NCBI GenBank assembly: GCA_963675595.2
Contig: CAXXLZ010000002.1
Location: forward strand, 3,776,001-3,840,000
Direction: 5' to 3'
DNA from: Thermodesulfobacteriota bacterium
GTDB taxonomy: Bacteria > Desulfobacterota > Desulfarculia > JACQYL01
DNA length: 64,000 nt
The notes beneath the pieces are model-generated. The model made no database searches, had not been told where the DNA came from, and worked only from the letters and a program-made list of their open reading frames with translations. Within the stretch, counting starts at the first letter, position 1; each line of letters starts with the position of its first letter. A program made the translations under genes and the position numbers. Positions 41,645-52,918 of this stretch are shown in pieces.

Positions 41645-42826
41645 TTACTGCTCCAGTTCGAAGATGCCGGCGGCCCCCATGCCGAAACCGATGCACATGG
41701 AAACGAGTCCGTATCGGGCTTTTCTGGCCTGCATCTCATAGATGAGTTGGGTGGTGAGTTTGGCTCCGGTACAACCCAACGGGTGGCCCAAAGCAATGGC
41801 GCCACCGTTGACGTTGGTGATTTCCGGGTTGATGCCCAGTTCCCGCATGCAGTAGAGGGCCTGAGCGGCGAACGCCTCGTTGAGCTCGAAAAGATCGATC
41901 TGGTCCAAAGTCAGGCCGGCCAGCTTGAGAGCCTTGGGAATGGCGAACGCAGGTCCCACCCCCATATATTCGGGGGCCACACCCACCGCCGTGTAGGCGC
42001 GGAATACGGCCAGAGGCTTGAGGCCCAGCTCTTTGGCCTTTTCCCGGCTCATGAGCATGACCGCGGCCGCACCGTCGCTCATCTGAGAAGAATTCCCCGC
42101 GGTGACCGTACCCACGGCCTTGAAGGCCGGTTTGAGTTTGCCCAGAGATTGAGCGGTGGTTCCGGGGCGCATGCCTTCGTCAGTATCGAAAATCATCTCG
42201 GAGAACTCGAAATGACCGTTGGGTTTCGGCTTCTGCACGCGCACGGACAACGGTACGATCTGGGACTTGAATCTTCCTTCCTTGATGGCGCGCTCGGCCC
42301 TCTGTTGGCTTTCGGCTCCGAAGGCGTCCTGGTCTTCTCTCGAAATATTGAAACGTTCGGCCACGTTCTCCGCGGTAAGTCCCATGGGTTCGTACGAACC
42401 GGGCCTAACTTCCACCAAGGCCGGATGAGGCGACATGTTGCAGCCTCCCATGGGGATCAGACTCATGCTCTCCACTCCGCCGGCGATGACCACGTCGGCG
42501 AAACCGCACATGATTTTTTCCGCGCCGATGGCAATGGACTGCAGACCGGACGAGCAGAAACGGTTGACCGTCATGCCGGGGACGGAATCCGGAAGTCCCA
42601 ATGCGTTGACCAGCACTCTGCCCATGTTGAGGCCTTGCTGGGCTTCGGGAAAGCTGCACCCGATGATGACGTCTTCAATGTCTTCGGTGTTGAGCCCGGG
42701 GGTCCGTTGAATCAACTCCTTGAGTACGGTGACGCCCATGTGCTCGGGCCGGGTTTTGGACAGGACGCCCCTCGGGGCCTTACCGACCGCGGTTCTGCAC
42801 GCGGCGACGATGACAGCTTCTTTCAT
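41645..42826 (-). CDS. fadA: Acetyl-CoA C-acyltransferase (thiolase)
   Basis: [33 protein letters not shown]. Confidence 0.96.
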   Translation of the reverse strand: MKEAVIVAACRTAVGKAPRGVLSKTRPEHMGVTVLKELIQRTPGLNTEDIEDVIIGCSFPEAQQGLNMGRVLVNALGLPDSVPGMTVNRFCSSGLQSIAIGAEKIMCGFADVVIAGGVESMSLIPMGGCNMSPHPALVEVRPGSYEPMGLTAENVAERFNISREDQDAFGAESQQRAERAIKEGRFKSQIVPLSVRVQKPKPNGHFEFSEMIFDTDEGMRPGTTAQSLGKLKPAFKAVGTVTAGNSSQMSDGAAAVMLMSREKAKELGLKPLAVFRAYTAVGVAPEYMGVGPAFAIPKALKLAGLTLDQIDLFELNEAFAAQALYCMRELGINPEITNVNGGAIALGHPLGCTGAKLTTQLIYEMQARKARYGLVSMCIGFGMGAAGIFELEQ

Positions 42827-42928
42827 GGCTTGTTTCCTCCCATGGCTGGATCCAGGAGCGACGCCGTGCGCCTGAAGGGTCCGGATCCATGGCGTTGTGA
42901 TGTTGGCCTTCCGCGACCCTGCGCACCG

Positions 42929-45361
42929 TTAGTTTCTCAAGGGTTTACCCGTGGACAGCATGTGCTGGATTCTTGCCTGCGTCTTGGGATCGCCGCAAAG
43001 ACTCACAAAGGCTTCCCGTTCCAGGTCCAGCAGATATTGTTCTCCGACCAGGGTATCCGGGATGACGTTGCCTCCGCAGAGCACCCAGGCGACTTTCTTG
43101 GACACGGTGAGATCGTGGTCCGTAATGAATCCCGCTTTGTGCATGGTGTAGAGCGCGTAGTCGAAAACCGCGATGCCGTCGGTTCCCATAACTCGTATGG
43201 AATCCTTGCGCCCGGGAGGCGTATACCCCTCCAGGTTCATGGCCAGTACGGTCTGCTTGGCGTCGTAGATCAGATGATCGCGATTGATGGTGACCCGGTC
43301 GGTGGGACGCAGGTAGCCGATCTTTTGCGCTTCGGAACCGCTGGTGGCCACCTTGGCCATGGCGATGGTTTCAAAAGCCCGGGCGACAAAGGGAAGCAGA
43401 TCGATCTGTCGGTTGTAAACGCCTCCTTTGGCCACTTCGAACAGGTTTTCCGTGGCTCGGATGATCATTTCCTTGGAGCCTCCTCCTGCGGGAATGAGGC
43501 CGACGCCCACTTCCACCAAGCCCATGTAGGTTTCCGCCGCTGCGCGGACCCGGTCCGACGCCAGGCAGATTTCACATCCTCCGCCGAGAGTCAATCCCGC
43601 GGGAGCGGTCACCACGGGCTTATCCAGGTATTTGAGCTTCATGAGGGCGTTCTGCAGATAGGATACGCTCCAATGCAGATCGTCCCACTCTTCCTCCTGG
43701 GCGGCGAAGAGCACCATATAAAGGTTGGCTCCCGCCGAGAAATCGGTGCCGTGGTTGGCCACGACCAGACCGTCGAAATCGCGGCTCACAATGTCGGCGG
43801 ACTTATGGATCATGCCGATGATGTCCACGCCCAAGGCGTTCATTTTGGTGTGGAATTCCAGGCAGGCCACGCCGTCGCCGATGTCCACAAGGGAGGCTCC
43901 CTTGTTTCCCGCTACGAGTTTGTTCCGATCCTTGAGGGAGGGAAGCAGGATGATCTGAGGGGACGCTTCCACGGGGTGGTATGTTTTGCCGGCGGGATCG
44001 TAAAAAAGCCGGACGCCGTCTTCCTTTTTATAGAAGGAAGTGAATCCGGCTTCCATCATTTCCAGGATCCATAAGGGGAGCCGGTATCCCGCCTCGGACA
44101 TCTTCTTGCAGGATTTTTCGAGTCCCAGCACGTCCCACGCCTCGAAGGGGCCGAACTCCCGGGCGAAGCCCCATTTCATGGCGTTGTCCACGTTGACGAT
44201 GTCGTCGGCGATTTCAGGCACGCGATTGGCGGCGTAGATCAAGCCTTCGGACATGGTCTTGAAGGTGAATTGCCCGGCTTTGTCTTTGGCGTAGTAAAGC
44301 GCTTTGATCTTTTCCTCGGTGGTGCCGAGATTCTTGGCGGCTTCAAGGGATTCGAAACGGGCCTTTTTCTGCGGGGTGTATTCGAGGGTCTTGGGGTCCA
44401 AGGAAAGGACGACCTTCTTGCCTTTGTCGTCCGTGGACTTTTTGTAGAAACCCGCTCCGGATTTTTCCCCCAGGAGATTCTTGTCGATCATGGACTTGAG
44501 CAGATCGGGGACCTGAAACTCGTCGCGGCGTTCGTCTTGGGCGGCGTTGTCGTATACGTTGGAAGCCACGTGAGCCATGGTGTCCAGACCCACCAGGTCC
44601 GCGGTCCGGAAGGAGGCGCTTTTGGCGTTGCCGATGACGGGACCGGTGATGCCGTCCACGGCTTCGACGGGGAGTTCCATTTCCTGCATGGTCCGGATCA
44701 CGGAGAGCATGGAGAACATGCCGATGCGGTTGGCCACGAAGTTGGGAGTGTCTTTGGCGAACACGATGCCCTTGCCGAGGTTGCGTTCGGCGAAGGCGGC
44801 GATGCGTTGGACGACTTCCGGTTGCGTATCCGGCCCGGAAATGATTTCCAGGAGCTTCATGTATCGGGGCGGATTGAAAAAGTGCGTTCCCAGGAAATGC
44901 TTGCGGAAGTCTTCCGAGCGGCCTTCGCACATGGCGGCCACGGAAATGCCGGAAGTGTTGGAACTGATGATGGAGCCGGGCTTGCGGACGGATTCGATTT
45001 TTTCGAACACGGCCTGTTTGATGTCCAGGCGCTCCACCACCACCTCGATGATCCAGTCGGCGTCTTTGAGCAGTTCCAGGTCGTCTTCCAGGTTTCCGAC
45101 GGTCACGAGCTTGGCGTTTTCCGGAACGTAAAAAGCGGCCGGTTTGGCCTTCAAAGCGGTCTGAAGACCGCTCTCGGCGAATTTATTGCGGAATTTTGGG
45201 GAATCCGGAGTTAGTCCTTTGGCTTGGTCCTGGTCGGAGAATTTGGGCGGCACGATGTCCAGAAGGGTGGTGGGGACGTTCGCATTGGCGAGATGAGCCG
45301 CAATGGCGGCGCCCATCACCCCGGCTCCGATGACCGCGGCTTGGTGGATATTGGGTTTCAT
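42929..45361 (-). CDS. fadN: 3-hydroxyacyl-CoA dehydrogenase / enoyl-CoA hydratase (FadN-type)
   Basis: GAGVMG, HFFNPPRYMKLLE, FSAGANL, LGGGCE, C-terminal TGKPLRN. Confidence 0.95.
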   Translation of the reverse strand: MKPNIHQAAVIGAGVMGAAIAAHLANANVPTTLLDIVPPKFSDQDQAKGLTPDSPKFRNKFAESGLQTALKAKPAAFYVPENAKLVTVGNLEDDLELLKDADWIIEVVVERLDIKQAVFEKIESVRKPGSIISSNTSGISVAAMCEGRSEDFRKHFLGTHFFNPPRYMKLLEIISGPDTQPEVVQRIAAFAERNLGKGIVFAKDTPNFVANRIGMFSMLSVIRTMQEMELPVEAVDGITGPVIGNAKSASFRTADLVGLDTMAHVASNVYDNAAQDERRDEFQVPDLLKSMIDKNLLGEKSGAGFYKKSTDDKGKKVVLSLDPKTLEYTPQKKARFESLEAAKNLGTTEEKIKALYYAKDKAGQFTFKTMSEGLIYAANRVPEIADDIVNVDNAMKWGFAREFGPFEAWDVLGLEKSCKKMSEAGYRLPLWILEMMEAGFTSFYKKEDGVRLFYDPAGKTYHPVEASPQIILLPSLKDRNKLVAGNKGASLVDIGDGVACLEFHTKMNALGVDIIGMIHKSADIVSRDFDGLVVANHGTDFSAGANLYMVLFAAQEEEWDDLHWSVSYLQNALMKLKYLDKPVVTAPAGLTLGGGCEICLASDRVRAAAETYMGLVEVGVGLIPAGGGSKEMIIRATENLFEVAKGGVYNRQIDLLPFVARAFETIAMAKVATSGSEAQKIGYLRPTDRVTINRDHLIYDAKQTVLAMNLEGYTPPGRKDSIRVMGTDGIAVFDYALYTMHKAGFITDHDLTVSKKVAWVLCGGNVIPDTLVGEQYLLDLEREAFVSLCGDPKTQARIQHMLSTGKPLRN

Positions 45362-45377
45362 GCCGTCCTCCTGAAAT

Positions 45378-45395
45378 TGAATGGTTCTTCATTCA
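45378..45395. promoter_or_regulatory. FadR(TetR-type)-like operator 1
   Basis: tgaatggttcttcattca, near-palindrome adjacent to the fadN RBS. Confidence 0.65.
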
Positions 45396-45442
45396 GTATG
45401 GGGTTCAAAAAACGAACTCGAAAGCCTGAGGAAAAATAATTA

Positions 45443-45460
45443 TGAATGAACTCTCATTCA
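45443..45460. promoter_or_regulatory. FadR(TetR-type)-like operator 2
   Basis: tgaatga-actc-tcattca, just downstream of a minus-strand TTGACA (about 45492-45497) promoter candidate. Confidence 0.75.
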
Positions 45461-46191
45461 CTGAGAATTCCTACCATGCCCTTTCCGGCGTTGTCAACCT
45501 TTTTCGTAAGGTGAGCGTTCCGCAGGTAAGCCTGTAATTCTTAGCACGTCGGACGGAGAGGCCGTCGGTGGACGACCAGGGCCGCGTTTCTTCCTAAATT
45601 CACGCCTTCCTCGGAATGCGTTCCCCTTCGCATCCCTGGACACCGCTGTTTGCTCGTCCTGGTAAGACCGGTGCCCAGGACCCCGGGGAACGCCGAGCCC
45701 CGGCTGGCCTCCGGTCCGCGTATCTCCACTTCCTTTACCACCCCAGTTGGGGCTCGAAGCCGAAGCAGGACAGGGCGTTCGGATTCACTCAGCTGTTTCG
45801 CCAGGCGTTTGACAAACCCAATTCCGTGGGATTCGCCATGGAATTGGGTATGCTGTCCGATCCTTCGGCAGATGATGTGATGCAACGCTCCCGCGCATCC
45901 ATGCGCGCTTTGCGCTGCATGACTGCTTGGTATCATGGAAGATGAAACGAAGAAACTCGTGAACTCAACATCGTGCCTCTCTTCTGCTGGAGCGCCTACG
46001 ACGTTTTGTCACGTTAATCAACAACGTGCCTCTACTCTCCCGCTGTCTGTTATCAATTCACGCAACAGGCGAAGGCCATGCAGAAGATTACCATCGAAAA
46101 ATCGGAGACCGACGGTCCCGGCTGATTTGCCCGCCACCGCCTTGGCGACCGGCAAATCAGGTTTCGGGAATGATCCTATTTATGACATTGC

Positions 46192-48204
46192 TCACAGAGG
46201 CGGAAACTTCGCTTGTAACACGCTTATCATTTCAGGACTCAACTGTTTAAATAGTTCGGCATTGTAGGATGCATTGTACGGAACGCTGTTTTCCGGCAGG
46301 TTGGATAGGTCCACGAACCGGATACTCGGGTCGGTAAACGGGTTGTCGTCGGTCGGAGTGCCTTGGGGTCGGGTCGGATCCATACTCGGCACGGGAATAG
46401 CGCCGCCGGCCATGGAAACGTTGGCGTTATTCAGGGTTAATTCGGTTTGGATGATTTGTTGAGTCGCAATCGCATATTTGCGTGATGTGGCCGCAGGCGT
46501 ACCTTCTGCGACCGCCGTATCTACGTTGGTCGTAACGATTGAAATGGTGTAGTCGTTGTTGAGATATATTTCAAACGTACGAAACTGTTGGGGAAAATCC
46601 CTCAACGACGAAGTCTCGACTTGCCAGAATCCTTGTTCGGGATGATTGGAGTCGGGTGAGATAAACGCCTTAACGGTGTTCAGGTGACGATGCCCAGCTA
46701 TCCACATAAGGAGATTGGGAGTGCTCTGCAGCTTCTGAACCAGTTCAGCCAGGGTTACCGCATTCCTGTTCTCCTGCGAGGTCGTGGACTCTCCCAACCA
46801 CCATTCCGTTTCAGAGCCGATGGCTGAAACCGCGATCGGAACATGCGCTGCAATGATCATGAGTTGATTGGCGGCCTGTCCGGCGGCGAGTTCGGCTTGA
46901 AGCCATTCCCATCGTTCAGCGTCAAGATAGCCGTGCCCGTGTATATCGTTGGAGCCGTCGTTTTCCGACTGCGTATCGTCGAGTACGATCACTTTGAGAG
47001 GTATGTCTGATTTGGGCAAAAAGCTGTAGCAGGCAAATCCGCTGGTTTGGTTTGGGTCAACCAGATTAAGACCATGGCCCACGGGATAGGATGACGTGTT
47101 AAAGAATTCCTGTATCCATTCCGTCCTTGAGAGGGAGCGACGGTTTGGGTCCGCTGCAACGGATGGGGCGCCTTCATTGAATTCTTCGTTCGTGACCGCG
47201 CCGGCTTTGATAATAGCCCCGTAAGGAGTTGATCCGTCAATGACGCCCATGTAGTACTTCGGCGTATCCGGAATATTTTGCATGTTGAACAAGACAGGGA
47301 ATGTCGTAAGGTCGGGAACGAGAATATCCGATACGGCCCACACGGTATCGTTGATGTAAGACTCACGGAGACCAAGAGCAGGGTCGGCGTCCACTGGGAA
47401 TGAGCCTATAAGAAAGTGATCATGGTTGCCGAGTGTTTGATACCATGGGATCGATTTATCGAGCCCGGCAGCCTTGAAGGGCCTCTGATAGTCGATATCG
47501 TCGGCTCCGGCATGACTGCCGGAGCTGGGAGTAATGATCCGGCCGTCGATCACATCAATATACCATCTGAGCTCATTGTATGAAGTGCTGTTGCAGGTGT
47601 CTCCCAGTGAAATGGCGAAATCAAACGGATTCTGTTTGTTCAAAGCGTTTGCCGTCTGCATGGCGGCATCGAGGACTTGAGTTGTGTACATCATGACGGG
47701 GGAGTAGATTGAAGTGTTCACTCCGGCGTTGGGGCCGTCGAATTGCTGAAGATAAATCAGCTGGTTCGGCGCTTCCTCGTCCGTAATATGAATATCGCTT
47801 ATCGTAAAAAAATTCAGAAACTTGGCGTTTCTGACCGGCGTTGGGTTGGTATAACCGGCCGGCATCACATCCGTCCGTTGTTTTGAGGGAAGCGGTGCGC
47901 CAAAAGTCCAACCGCCATAGCCCAGTGCGTCGTATTCCGAAACCCGGCAAAGCTCGGTGGGAGCGAGTCCCGGACCGCCGTTGGGGCTATTGGGGGTAGC
48001 TGGGGCCAAACCGGCGGCCTCGGTCGACGTGGGCCATGGAAAAGACAGCATCCGCTCGGCGGTAGTGACAACCGTGGAATCAATCGGGTATCCCCGGACC
48101 GAACCGTTATCGTCTCCGCATCCGGATAGGGAGAGGATGACCAAGCCCGTCAAGAACAACAAGGTAAGTTTCCTGTTTTCAAAGCATCGTTTCATGGAGT
48201 TCAT
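46192..48204 (-). CDS. Exported metallophosphoesterase lipoprotein (TIGR03768-like)
   Basis: Lipobox LSGC; SDIH, LGD, GNHD, AHVP, AGHRH calcineurin-like motifs; FWQVETSSLRDFPQQFR. Confidence 0.85.
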   Translation of the reverse strand: MNSMKRCFENRKLTLLFLTGLVILSLSGCGDDNGSVRGYPIDSTVVTTAERMLSFPWPTSTEAAGLAPATPNSPNGGPGLAPTELCRVSEYDALGYGGWTFGAPLPSKQRTDVMPAGYTNPTPVRNAKFLNFFTISDIHITDEEAPNQLIYLQQFDGPNAGVNTSIYSPVMMYTTQVLDAAMQTANALNKQNPFDFAISLGDTCNSTSYNELRWYIDVIDGRIITPSSGSHAGADDIDYQRPFKAAGLDKSIPWYQTLGNHDHFLIGSFPVDADPALGLRESYINDTVWAVSDILVPDLTTFPVLFNMQNIPDTPKYYMGVIDGSTPYGAIIKAGAVTNEEFNEGAPSVAADPNRRSLSRTEWIQEFFNTSSYPVGHGLNLVDPNQTSGFACYSFLPKSDIPLKVIVLDDTQSENDGSNDIHGHGYLDAERWEWLQAELAAGQAANQLMIIAAHVPIAVSAIGSETEWWLGESTTSQENRNAVTLAELVQKLQSTPNLLMWIAGHRHLNTVKAFISPDSNHPEQGFWQVETSSLRDFPQQFRTFEIYLNNDYTISIVTTNVDTAVAEGTPAATSRKYAIATQQIIQTELTLNNANVSMAGGAIPVPSMDPTRPQGTPTDDNPFTDPSIRFVDLSNLPENSVPYNASYNAELFKQLSPEMISVLQAKFPPL

Positions 48205-48397
48205 TCTCCGTATGCAATTAAATATGGGTGTGGGGTTTGGGGTGAGTTTTTACAAGAGGGGAACCCTTGAATCCCACAGAAGCGGGACCCTCTCCCTGCC
48301 GATGGGACGCCTCGCAATATTTTCATTCACCTCCATGGGCGAAGATGCCCGTCCGCTTCGCATTGCCGCAAAATGCCGCTTCATGCGTAAGCATTGA

Positions 48398-48480
48398 CGG
48401 GGGAGGACTTTCGGGAAAGTCCTCCCCCGCCCCCCTTTTCAAAGCACTTTAAGAGTGCCTCGCCGCCTTCGGCGGAGAGG
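48398..48480. repeat. REP-like palindromic element
   Basis: cgggggaggactttc-gg-gaaagtcctcccccg perfect 15-bp stem, then cccccttttcaaagcacttt and a second hairpin ccgccttcggcgg. Confidence 0.55.
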
Positions 48481-49051
48481 CTGAGGAAGCCATGGGTTTC
48501 CTCGCTGATTTCCAACGTTCCTTACATTTGCTGAATCGGCAAAGACGCCGGCAACTTCTGCTTCGTCCCGAACGGGACGGAGCCCCCCTCCGCTGTACTC
48601 CCCGCGCCGATGTCCCGGTCACCCTGTGAATACGAACCTTCATGCATCGGCACGGTCGGCGCCAAAGCTTAATTCCTCTGAGGGTGAGACCGGTAATGGA
48701 AAAGTCGTTCCTCTAAGGCCACCGTCTTTGCACACATATAGAATTTTTATTATAGCACCGACTCTGCTGAATAACACGTCATGGATTCCGGCCTATTCGT
48801 CCTTTTTCGACTATGTCTTCCGGGTTCAACCACCTTTGGCCGGCATAGCGGCACATTATCTCAACTTCCGGATCAGAAGCTCAATGATTCGTAATGTGGG
48901 AACAACGAGAATATCGTATGGTCGTCGGGCCAACTCGTGAGCAGCCTCTGCATCATCATGAAAAAATCAAACAGGAGTTTCAGAGATTGTTCAGGAAACA
49001 GTTCTGAATCAGCTGAAATCAAGGGATAAATCAGCTTTGGAGTTGTAGAAC

Positions 49052-49945
49052 CTAACCGTCCTTTATTGTATATCCAAGAGCGGTGAGCACCTTGGTCCGG
49101 ATATCGTTGGGTTGCTCGATTTGAACGGAAGGTTGTGTGGCGCCCTTTTGCCAACTGAAGACGGAGTTGAGGCTTGCCATTTCTTCCATATGTGTTTTTG
49201 CGGTTTCGGGCCCGCCGACCTTAAGTTCCAGGAGCCTCAGGCATGAGAGGGCGATGATACAAGTCAAAAGATGACGGCGGATCTTGCTGTCGGTCCAGTG
49301 AAACATCGGGTTGATCCTGACGTGGCGTGGGGCCCTGCTCACCCGAAACTGCTGCTCGATGAGGAATCTGTCAAGGGAAGCCTGGATGATGGCCTCGATA
49401 ACCCAATCGTGATCGTCGGCGACGATGAGATTCTTCCCCATGACGGCCTTCGCCGCCTCGATCTCCGCATCGTCCCTTCGGAAGCTCATGGCCTCTACCG
49501 TGAAAGCCGGGCGATGGAATTTGTGGCTGATTTGAAGCTGTTCACAGACCTTGTGATAACGGGTGGTAATGGTTTTAGGCTTTCGCCATTGAGGTTCCCG
49601 GTCGCTGAACTTTTGCCGGAATAGGAGGAGCTCCGTCTTCAGTTGATCCGGTTTCCGGCTTATATCGTGAAGCTTTTTGCGTTTTGTAACCGGGTTGAAG
49701 GTGACCACCACGGTGCGCTCCAGACCCAAAAGGGTCAGCTTGGTCCGGTAAGCGGTGAGTCCGTCGTCGGGGCGTTTTTCCGCTTCGAGCCGATGGTTTT
49801 TGGGGATATCAAGAATGAGGAAGCGCTCGGGATTCAGGGCGGCCGGATGGTCGGCAAAACAGGTGGGATAGGTCGTAATGAAATAGGTTCGGCTTTGGGC
49901 ATTGATGCGGGCCATGTTTTCTTTTGAATTCATGCCCTTGTCAGA
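49052..49945 (-). pseudogene. IS1634 transposase C-terminal fragment
   Basis: DKGMNS.EN, FITTY, VVVTFNP, GKNLIV, HWTDSKIRRH, homologous to 50003..51733. Confidence 0.85.
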
Positions 49946-51902
49946 CAGGAGTTTAAGAGTTACCTGGGCAGAATAGTCTATAAGGGCTGTAAAAGCAGTA
50001 AGTTACGTTCTGAAAGTTTGTAAGACCCCACCGTCGTTCATCTGGAAACCGAAGGCGTGCAGGATTTGGGCCTGGATGTCGTTCGGTTGTTCGATCATGC
50101 GGAGGGGTTTTCGTTTTGCCGGACTGAAGCAGAGGCAGGAGTGGAGTCTTTGCATCTGCTGCATGACGGTTGAGGCTGTGAGATTCAGTCCGGCGCGCCG
50201 CACTCGGAGTTCAATAATTCGAAGGTAGGTGAGCGCGACAACGCAGGTCAGGATATGGCACCGGATTTTTCCATCCGTCCAATGACGGATCGGAAAGAGG
50301 GAAACCAGGTCGTGGTCCTTGGTTTGCCGAAATGCTTTTTCTACTATGTATCGATCCAGGCAGGCCCGTACAATTTCATCCGTACTCCAATCCCCGTTAT
50401 CCGTTACGATGATGTTCTTTCCGAATCGGTTAATGTATCTTCCGATCCGATAGAAGTTCTTGCGGAAACCCATGCGGGTCCGCCCTTGATCCATTTCGAA
50501 AGTCAAATCGTAGAGGTCGTCGGGGAGATGCAATTCCTTGCAGCGATCCATGTAGCGTTCCCGGACTTGCTTGGGATTTTTCCAGTGGGGCGCCTGCTCC
50601 CTGACCTTAACCCGCATGAGATAGAGTTCCTCTTGGATCTGGAGCATCTTTCTTTCGAAGGAGTACCTATGCTTGGCGGCGGTTCTCGGATTATGAGTCA
50701 CCACGACGGTTCGCAGTCGTCCCCAAAGTTCTCCCGTAGTTCGCCAGGCCGTCAGAATATCTTCCTCCCGGCCCAGTTTCTTCAGCTCTTGATTCTTAGC
50801 GGTCTCCACCGGTTCAAACCGGGACCGATCAACCTGGGCAAGGTCCTCTGCGAAGTAGGTGGAATAGGTGGTAATGAAATGGAGGTTCTCATGGGCGTCG
50901 ATGCGGGCGATATTGGCTTCGGAGTTCATTCCCTTGTCGAAAACGAGGGTCAGGTGAGCACCGGTCCCTTTTGTACTTTGCATGCAAGCCCGGATTTCCT
51001 CCAGGGTCCGGTGAAACACTTTGGAGTCGTGACGGTTGCCTTCGTACGCTTTGTAGAAAAGCGGCATCTGGGTATCTCTTGACACCAGAAGGGCGATGCC
51101 GACTTGACGTAGCCAGTCGCGGCCGTCCTTGCTTTTTCCTCGCCGGGCCAGTTCGGATGGGGTATCGCTGCTCATGAAGGTGTAGTAGTTGGTGGTATCG
51201 AACAGAAAGCAATCCGAATCCGCGGGCTCGATCTCCTGAACCTTCCGGAAGAACCGGGCCGCGATCTCCTCGATGTGCTCCGGTGTTACCCGATCCCACT
51301 TTTCCCAAAATCGCTGGGAGGTGAGTTCCCCCACGTCCACAGGTCGGATCGCCTGGATGGCCGTGTCTTTAAACCACGATTCCAAAGCCCGCTTGGAGCG
51401 GGAATCGATCATTCGATTGAAAACCGCATACAAGAAATACTCGCCGACGGAAGGTCCGTCCTCTCTTCTTCCTTCGGGAACCACCGAGTCCACGATATCC
51501 GCGAAGCAGGCTTCCCGGTCGATGAGTTCGGCCAACCATAACGCCCCGAATTCCTGAGCTTGAATTTTGCTTAATCCGGCCCCGCCTCCCGCCGCCATTT
51601 CCAGAATCCGCTCAGGGCTACCCAAATAGACTTGGTTGACGACCTTGGGTTTGCCTTCGACCCGAGCCATCTCTCGAATGTAGTAGTAGGGTCGTCCCTT
51701 TTTCATCTTCTTATGCAAATGAGCCATGCACAAATAATAGCAGTAGGGTCGTACGATGTCAAGAAAACAATGTAACTACTGGAATTTTATAGACGATAAT
51801 GGTCGGAGACGAATAGTAGAGGGGTCTTACAGTGGGACTGCTATAATGCACTGAATTTACAATAAAATTCGCAATTATGGCTGGCTATCTCTTAAACTCC
51901 TG
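49946..51902 (-). mobile_element. Intact IS1634-family element (1957 bp)
   Basis: IRs caggagtttaagag / ctcttaaactcctg; 5-bp TSD TCAGA at 49941-49945 and 51903-51907. Confidence 0.92.
50003..51727 (-). CDS. IS1634-family transposase
   Basis: FDTTNYY, RGKSKDGR..LRQV, VFDKGMNS, VEKAFRQTK, HWTDGKIRCH. Confidence 0.95.
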   Translation of the reverse strand: MAHLHKKMKKGRPYYYIREMARVEGKPKVVNQVYLGSPERILEMAAGGGAGLSKIQAQEFGALWLAELIDREACFADIVDSVVPEGRREDGPSVGEYFLYAVFNRMIDSRSKRALESWFKDTAIQAIRPVDVGELTSQRFWEKWDRVTPEHIEEIAARFFRKVQEIEPADSDCFLFDTTNYYTFMSSDTPSELARRGKSKDGRDWLRQVGIALLVSRDTQMPLFYKAYEGNRHDSKVFHRTLEEIRACMQSTKGTGAHLTLVFDKGMNSEANIARIDAHENLHFITTYSTYFAEDLAQVDRSRFEPVETAKNQELKKLGREEDILTAWRTTGELWGRLRTVVVTHNPRTAAKHRYSFERKMLQIQEELYLMRVKVREQAPHWKNPKQVRERYMDRCKELHLPDDLYDLTFEMDQGRTRMGFRKNFYRIGRYINRFGKNIIVTDNGDWSTDEIVRACLDRYIVEKAFRQTKDHDLVSLFPIRHWTDGKIRCHILTCVVALTYLRIIELRVRRAGLNLTASTVMQQMQRLHSCLCFSPAKRKPLRMIEQPNDIQAQILHAFGFQMNDGGVLQTFRT

Positions 51903-52031
51903 TCAGAGAACAAAGTAAGGGTTTTGTTTTTGTCCGCAAAGCCCGGGAGCTTGTCTCTGAAATTCCTGTCAAAGAAATTCTCAGGTTTTGTCGTACTGAA
52001 AGTGGCCCCCAAGGTTGGAGGCTCAGCATTG

Positions 52032-52918
52032 CTAAAACCTGTAAGACAGTTTCAGGATGCCGCCTACGGCATTATCTAAATCGAATTTGTCCTCCTCGTT
52101 GCCGTCGTCATTATAAAGTGTCCACTCCCTGCCTAAGGCATATTCTGCTCCCACAGAGACACTGAAATTCGGGACGGGGTTGAATTCTAAGTAAACGCCC
52201 GGAATGAACTCTTCCATTTCAACATATCCTTCCGCCTGTACGGGATTGTCGTCCGCCAGCCTGTAGGTTCTATGATCGAAATGAATGCCGATTTTTGCAG
52301 CCCAAGCGGATGAGAAACGATAACGAACCGATGTTTCCGGTATTCCGAGAAAAATGCCCAACCCTTTTTGAGGGTCGGGAAGCCAAACCAAACGGACTAA
52401 AGGGAATACGTCGGTTCGGGTGTAATCTCCAAAGAAGGCGGCTCCTACACCCATCTTGAATGAAGTCGAAAACACATATTCAAGGCCCCCGTCCACAGCG
52501 CCGCCCCAGGACTGATCCAATTGCTCTTCGAATGAGGAAAAAAACCGGGCGCCCAGGAAGAAGCGCCACGGTCCTGAGATACTCCGGTCATATCGGGCGC
52601 GCAAACCGATTACGTGAAGATGCTGCCAAGGATCTTCCAAGCCGTTTCCGAACGGCAGCGCGTCGGCCTTTTCCCAAAAAAAGGAACGGTTTTCGTAGAA
52701 TACGGCGAAGTGGGAGAAGTAAACAGAGGCGCCTGACTTGAGGACCGAGACGCGCCCGGGTCCTCCTTCTACGTCGGCATCAGCTTGGTAGTTTCCCTCG
52801 ACTTTAATTTTAAATGGATACGCCTCTTCAGGAGGCTGTGCTTGAACTAAATAAGCTTGGCAGAGCAAAATCAGTATGCAAATGAGGGATAAATAAACAG
52901 GGTTACGATGCCATGTCA
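52032..52918 (-). CDS. Outer-membrane beta-barrel protein (DUF6268-like)
   Basis: Signal peptide, alternating amphipathic strands, FP....W..., G.PET motif, terminal LSYRF. Confidence 0.75.

Larger units (their letters stand above)
48972..52010 (-). mobile_element. Degraded IS1634-family element (host of the nested IS1634); upstream boundary approximate
   Basis: End caggagtttcagag at 48972 differs by 1 nt from the intact element IR; reading frame continues across the insertion as KTLTLFS-DKGMNSKEN. Confidence 0.75.

Noticed and set aside
41747-44074. 775-aa plus-strand ORF
   Set aside because: Antisense shadow of fadA/fadN caused by high-GC codon bias; no motifs
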